A stretch of 36,269 nucleotides of DNA from an uncultured cyanobacterium. Lineage in GTDB: Bacteria; Cyanobacteriota; Cyanobacteriia; Cyanobacteriales; Microcystaceae. Position numbers and translations under genes: made by a program. Under the pieces are notes generated by a model that was not told the DNA's origin, ran no database searches, and worked only from the letters and a program-made list of their open reading frames with translations. Shown piece by piece: positions 31,494 to 36,269 of this stretch (position 1 is its first letter; every line of letters starts with the position of its first letter). Where the stretch lies: assembly GCA_963807635.1 (NCBI GenBank), contig CAWEDJ010000056.1, positions 1-36,269 on the forward strand, read 5' to 3'.

Positions 31494-32798
31494 ATGATTA
31501 CTCCCCCTATTGCCTCAGAATCCTTATTAGAAGTTGCTCACAAAACTCGTCAAGCGGCCCGTGAGTTGGCGATTCTCTCTAGTGCTGAACGTGATCAGGC
31601 GATCGCGGCGATCGCAGAATCCTTGGAAATGGCGATCCCAGAAATCTTGAGGGCCAATGAGTTGGACTGTCAAGCCGCTAAAGCTGAGGGAATTTCTAAA
31701 CCCCTCTATGATCGATTAAAACTGAGTGAAAGCAAACTAAAATCGACCATCACAGGCGTTTGGGATGTGCAGAAATTAGCTGATCCCATTGGGGAAATTA
31801 CCATTCATCGGGAATTAGATCAAGGTCTAGTTTTGAAAAGAATGAGTTGTCCCCTGGGCGTTTTAGGCGTAATTTTTGAAGCCCGTCCTGAAGCTCTTAT
31901 TCAAATTACCAGTTTAGCGATTAAATCAGGAAATGGAGTCATTTTAAAGGGTGGAAAAGAGGCGATTCGCTCCTGTCAAGTATTAGTAGAAGTAATTAAG
32001 AAAGGTTTAGCAAAAACAAAAGTCAATGCAGAAGCCATTCAATTATTAACCACAAGGGAAGAAATTAAAGAATTATTAACTCTAGAGAAATATGTGGATT
32101 TGATTATTCCAAGAGGTTCTAATGAATTTGTGCGTTACATCCAACAAAATACTCAGATTCCTGTCCTGGGTCATGCCGATGGCGTTTGTCATTTATATTT
32201 GGATGAAGCGGCAGATTTTGGTAAAGCGATCGCGATTACCGTAGATTCCAAAACCCAATACCCTGCGGCTTGTAATGCGATTGAAACACTTTTAGTTCAT
32301 GAAAAAATTGCAGACGAATTATTACCAAAATTAGCGGTAGCTTTAAATGAGAAAAATGTGATCCTCAAAGGCGATGACAAAACCCAATCGATTATTACGG
32401 TTTTACCTGCAACGGAAGCTGATTGGCAGACAGAATATTCGGATTTAATTTTGTCGATAAAAGTTGTAAGTGACCTAGAAGAGGCGATCGCCCATATTCA
32501 TACCTACGGCTCAAAACATACGGAGGGCATTGTCACGGAAAATTCAGAAACCGCAACACAGTTTTGTAATCAAGTCGATGCGGCGGGCGTTTTCAAAAAT
32601 TGTAGTACCCGCTTTGCCGATGGTTTTCGCTACGGTTTTGGGGCAGAAGTGGGTATTAGTACACAAAAAATGCCACCTCGTGGGCCAGTGGGTTTGGAAG
32701 GTTTAGTGACCTATAAATATCAATTAATTGGGGATGGTCATTTAGTAGAAACCTATAGTGGAATGGAGGCTAAGTCTTTTACCCATCAAGACTTATAA
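31494..32798 (+). CDS. proA: Gamma-glutamyl phosphate reductase
   Basis: [57 protein letters not shown] and RGPVGLEGL. Confidence 0.97.
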   Translation: MITPPIASESLLEVAHKTRQAARELAILSSAERDQAIAAIAESLEMAIPEILRANELDCQAAKAEGISKPLYDRLKLSESKLKSTITGVWDVQKLADPIGEITIHRELDQGLVLKRMSCPLGVLGVIFEARPEALIQITSLAIKSGNGVILKGGKEAIRSCQVLVEVIKKGLAKTKVNAEAIQLLTTREEIKELLTLEKYVDLIIPRGSNEFVRYIQQNTQIPVLGHADGVCHLYLDEAADFGKAIAITVDSKTQYPAACNAIETLLVHEKIADELLPKLAVALNEKNVILKGDDKTQSIITVLPATEADWQTEYSDLILSIKVVSDLEEAIAHIHTYGSKHTEGIVTENSETATQFCNQVDAAGVFKNCSTRFADGFRYGFGAEVGISTQKMPPRGPVGLEGLVTYKYQLIGDGHLVETYSGMEAKSFTHQDL

Positions 32799-32850
32799 AC
32801 TTTATTCTATTTCCGTGTTTTTAAAAAGTATTTTGAAGACAGAATCTTAA

Positions 32851-32870
32851 GGACATAATATATTATGTCC
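32851..32870. repeat. Perfect 20-bp palindrome, REP-like
   Basis: GGACATAATATATTATGTCC followed by CTAC, 52 nt after the proA stop. Confidence 0.7.
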
Positions 32871-33068
32871 CTACGTCATTTGATATTTCTGAATTGTAAG
32901 GTTATGCTCTGTTATTTATGTTCAATTTTCAACATATAACCATCATTACAGGCTATCATTACTTGAAAATGACGCTACAATAAAAAAGCTTTTCCAGATG
33001 TTATTCCTGAACCCAAATATTCTTAGCTCTAAATCCTCAGAAAAAACCTTAAGTTTTTATTAAATTTT

Positions 33069-35634
33069 ATGACGGTAATACTCGCAAATTCATCTGATAT
33101 TGTTCTTAATACTGAATCGACAACTCCTCTTAATTCAATAGAAACTGGAATTTATGTCACGATTCATGGACATTTTTATCAGCCGCCTAGAGAAAATCCT
33201 TATTTAGATACGATTGAGCGTCAACCGAGTGCTTCTCCTTTCCATGATTGGAATGAACGTATTTACCATGAATGTTATCGACCGAATGCTTTTGCCCGTA
33301 TTCTTAGCGATCGCGGTGAGATTCTAAAAATTGTTAATAATTTTGAATATTTAAGTTTTAATATCGGCCTGACCCTGATGTCCTGGCTAGAAAGCTATGA
33401 CCTTGAAGCCTATCAACGCATTATTGATGCCGACCGTAAAAGCCGCGATCGCCTGAATGGCCACGGAAACGCGATCGCCCAGGTTTATAATCATATTATT
33501 TTGCCCCTAGCCAATAAAAGAGATAAATATACCCAAATTCGCTGGGGAAAAGCCGATTTTAGCTATCGTTTTGGACGAGAAACCGAGGGAATGTGGTTAG
33601 CGGAAACTGCCGTCGATTATGACACCCTAGAAGCCCTCATTGACGAAAATATCCGCTTTATTGTCCTTGCACCCTCTCAGGCAGAACGCTGTCGTCCTTT
33701 ACCCACCGAACATGATCTCCACCCCGAATGGCATGAAGTTGGCGGCACTCAGATTGATCCCACCCGTCCCTATCGCTGCTTTATTGCCGATGGTCGTTTT
33801 ATTGATATTTTCTTTTATGATGGCCCCATTTCCCGCGATATGGGCTTTAATGATGTCCTCAGTAGCTCAGACCACTTGGCAGGAAGGCTAGGGCAAGCCG
33901 TCAGAGGCGATCACCGTCCTTCCCAATTGATTAGTGTGGCTACTGATGGCGAAACCTTTGGGCATCACAAGGGCGGAACGGAAAAATGTTTGGCCTATGC
34001 CTTTACGACGGAATTCCCCAGAAGAGACTGGAAAGTAACAAATTTTGCCCATTATCTCAGTTTATTCCCGCCCCAATGGGAAGTGGTACTTAAACCTGTG
34101 ACCGCTTGGAGTTGTGGGCATGGCGTAGATCGTTGGCAGGATGATTGTGGTTGCGGTGGGGGGGGAGAATGGCATCAACAATGGCGCAGACCGCTTCGGG
34201 ATAGTTTAAATTGGCTCCGTGATGAATTGAGCAAGCTTTATGTGACGGCAGGACGAAAGTTATTTAATGATCCCTGGCAAGCCAGAGAAGATTATATTCA
34301 GGTAATTCTCGATCGCTCTCCTGAAAAAACAGAAGCCTTTTTAACTCATCATCAAATTCATCCCCTTTCGCCAACCGAAAAAATTGATGCTCTGCGTTTA
34401 CTGGAAATGCAGCGTCATAGTTTGTTGATGTTTACCAGTTGTGGTTGGTTTTTTGAAGAAATATCCCGACCCGAAGGGGTACAAATTTTGCGCTATGCGT
34501 CGCGGGCAATGGAATTAGCGGCAGAAGTGACGGGAATCCATTTAGAAGAGGATTTTGTGGCTCAATTAGCCCTAGCGGAGAGTAATGTGGCAATTTTTAA
34601 AGATGGGGAAGCGGTTTATCAACAATTAGTAACGACGGCTCAAATTAGCTTTGAACAGGTGGCGGCCCATTATGCCATTAGTTCTCTGTTTACGAATTAT
34701 GCTCATCAACAGGCTGTTTATTGTTATCAAACCGAGCAATTAGATTATCAAAAACAACAACTTGGCCCGTTAACTTTGGCAGTGGGACAGGTAAAATTAA
34801 CTTCAACAATTACCTGGGAAAATCATCATTTTACTTTTGCGGTTTTGCATTTAGGTAGTTGGGATTTTCATTGTTGTATTCAACCGTTTAAAAGTCGGAG
34901 TGCTTATAGTAAATTAAAAGAACAGGTTTTTGCTTCGTTTAAATTAGCCAGTTCAGCCAAAATTATTCTCAGTATGAGTGAAGTTTTTGGTTATCAATCT
35001 TTTAATTTACAAAATCTTTTTGCCGAAGAAAGACACCGCATTATGCAGTTATTAACGCAAAAAACGAAAAAGCATTTAGATCAACTTTATACCCAAATTT
35101 ATCGCGATAATTATAGTATTTTAGTCGCTTTTCAACGAGATGAATTACCCGTTCCCCAGGAATTACAGGTCGCGGCAGATATTGCGATCGCCCATCGTTG
35201 TCTCAAGGTCATGGGACAATTAGAGCAATCCATTGATAATCCCAAACTAACAGCCCATTATTTAGAAGAGTTAACCGCGAATCGCCTCGGAAGCCGATTA
35301 TTTACATTGTCAGTTGACCATGCCCGAAGCTAAGAAAACCTTGGAACGCTTAATTTTTCAGAGTTTACAAAAACTGCTTTATACTCCCGAACCCCAACAA
35401 GCCGAAACCGATATTCATCATCTGATTAAAATGATCGAAGTGGGTGAACATTTACATTTAGGAATTTCTCTTGCTCCTGCCCAGGAACTCTACTACCAGT
35501 TTCTACATGAGCAATTAATGCCTAATTGTTTGGATAATTATTCTACGGAAAGTTGCCCTTGGACAGTCATTCATTTACCTGATCTATTAAAATTAGGGGA
35601 AGTTTTAGCGATCGATGTTAGAGCTTATTATTAA
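33069..35634 (+). CDS. Glycoside hydrolase family 57 / DUF3536 protein, one frameshift near 35280
   Basis: HGHFYQPPRENP, YNHIILPL, GMWLAETAVD, ATDGETFGHH, WSCGHGVDRW and MFTSCGWFFEE. Removing one A in gcgaatcgc joins the two ORFs. Confidence 0.9.
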
Positions 35635-35653
35635 TACGGTAAATTACGTTAAA

Positions 35654-35744
35654 TAGGTAGGTATAATTAATTTTCTTGGGAATTAATTCACAGGAGGCCT
35701 TTTTAAGGATATTCATCCTATCTCTAAATCTAGCCACCTACTTA
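35654..35744. mobile_element. Degenerate MITE-like element with TAAGTAG-family termini
   Basis: Left end taggtaggtataattaa; right end ccacctactta (reverse complement taagtaggtgg). It lies between convergent genes. Confidence 0.5.
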
Positions 35745-35768
35745 CTATTTATTTTCTCTCTTTAAAAT

Positions 35769-36251
35769 TTATATTTCTTGCCAGTTTTCAGTACTAGCAA
35801 ATAAAATGGAAAGGTGTTTTTTATTTCCAGTTGCTATAATAACTTTGTCTTGAGCAAGATCACTTTCTAATAACATTTCATCTTGTAAAATAATGGCTTG
35901 CGCCGCCAAAATAACGTCACCATCTAATGCTTTATTGTCAGCCGTCGGTTTACCTTCTTTTCTTACATCAGCCCATAGTTCTGCTGCTCTTAACATAACT
36001 TCAGTCGTAATAGGAAGATAGATAATTAGAGATAGAGATTTAAGCCTATCCAATTTTTCCAAACCTGCTAGTTTATTAGCCCGTAATAGTTCTCTTCTAA
36101 TTTCATAATCTACAATTTCAGGTAAAATAAATGTATCATCTTCATAAATATGTCAATCAAACCATAGTTGACATTGTTGTGCCTGTTCATTTTTTTTAGG
36201 GTTAGTAATTAAGCCCACTGGAGTCGAATCAAGGACAATAATTTTATTCAT
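35769..36251 (-). pseudogene. PIN-domain (VapC-like) toxin with one in-frame TGA
   Basis: MNKIIVLDSTPVGLITNP..CQLWFD*..LPEIVDYEIRRELLR..AAELWA..ALDGDVILAAQA..IATGNKKHL, in a single 483-nt frame with the stop at 36153-36155. Confidence 0.85.
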
Positions 36252-36269
36252 TTCATTTTATCCTTAAAT

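Overview
Chromosomal window from a unicellular cyanobacterium. Evidence: more than 40 HIP1 GCGATCGC octamers by eye, plus rbcR/ycf30, pam68, crtO and a GET3/ArsA-Hsp20 ATPase. It is mostly housekeeping: rbcR, rpsO, pam68, aroF, glcE/F, phytol kinase, tRNA-Lys, glnB, rdgB, mnmD-like, DUF39, lepA, crtO, manC, yajQ, aroE, hpnB, proA and a GH57/DUF3536 gene. Small accessory inserts sit between these: a DUF6932-like nucleotidyltransferase + XRE-HTH pair with its own promoter/operator, an orphan DUF433 with a short toxin remnant inside the glc operon, hicAB, a PIN toxin, a STAS/PP2C/RsbW partner-switching trio, a repeat-bracketed cluster of three unknown genes, and several MITE/REP-like palindromes. 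Many conserved genes, including essential rpsO, are frameshifted. Several lesions fall on GGCC or (GC)GATC(GC) motifs or on homopolymers, which points to long-read basecalling error, possibly methylation-linked, rather than real decay. The best candidate for an uncharacterised system is the NTase-HTH cassette at about 11.4-12.6 kb. All family names come from motif recognition by eye; no database search was run.
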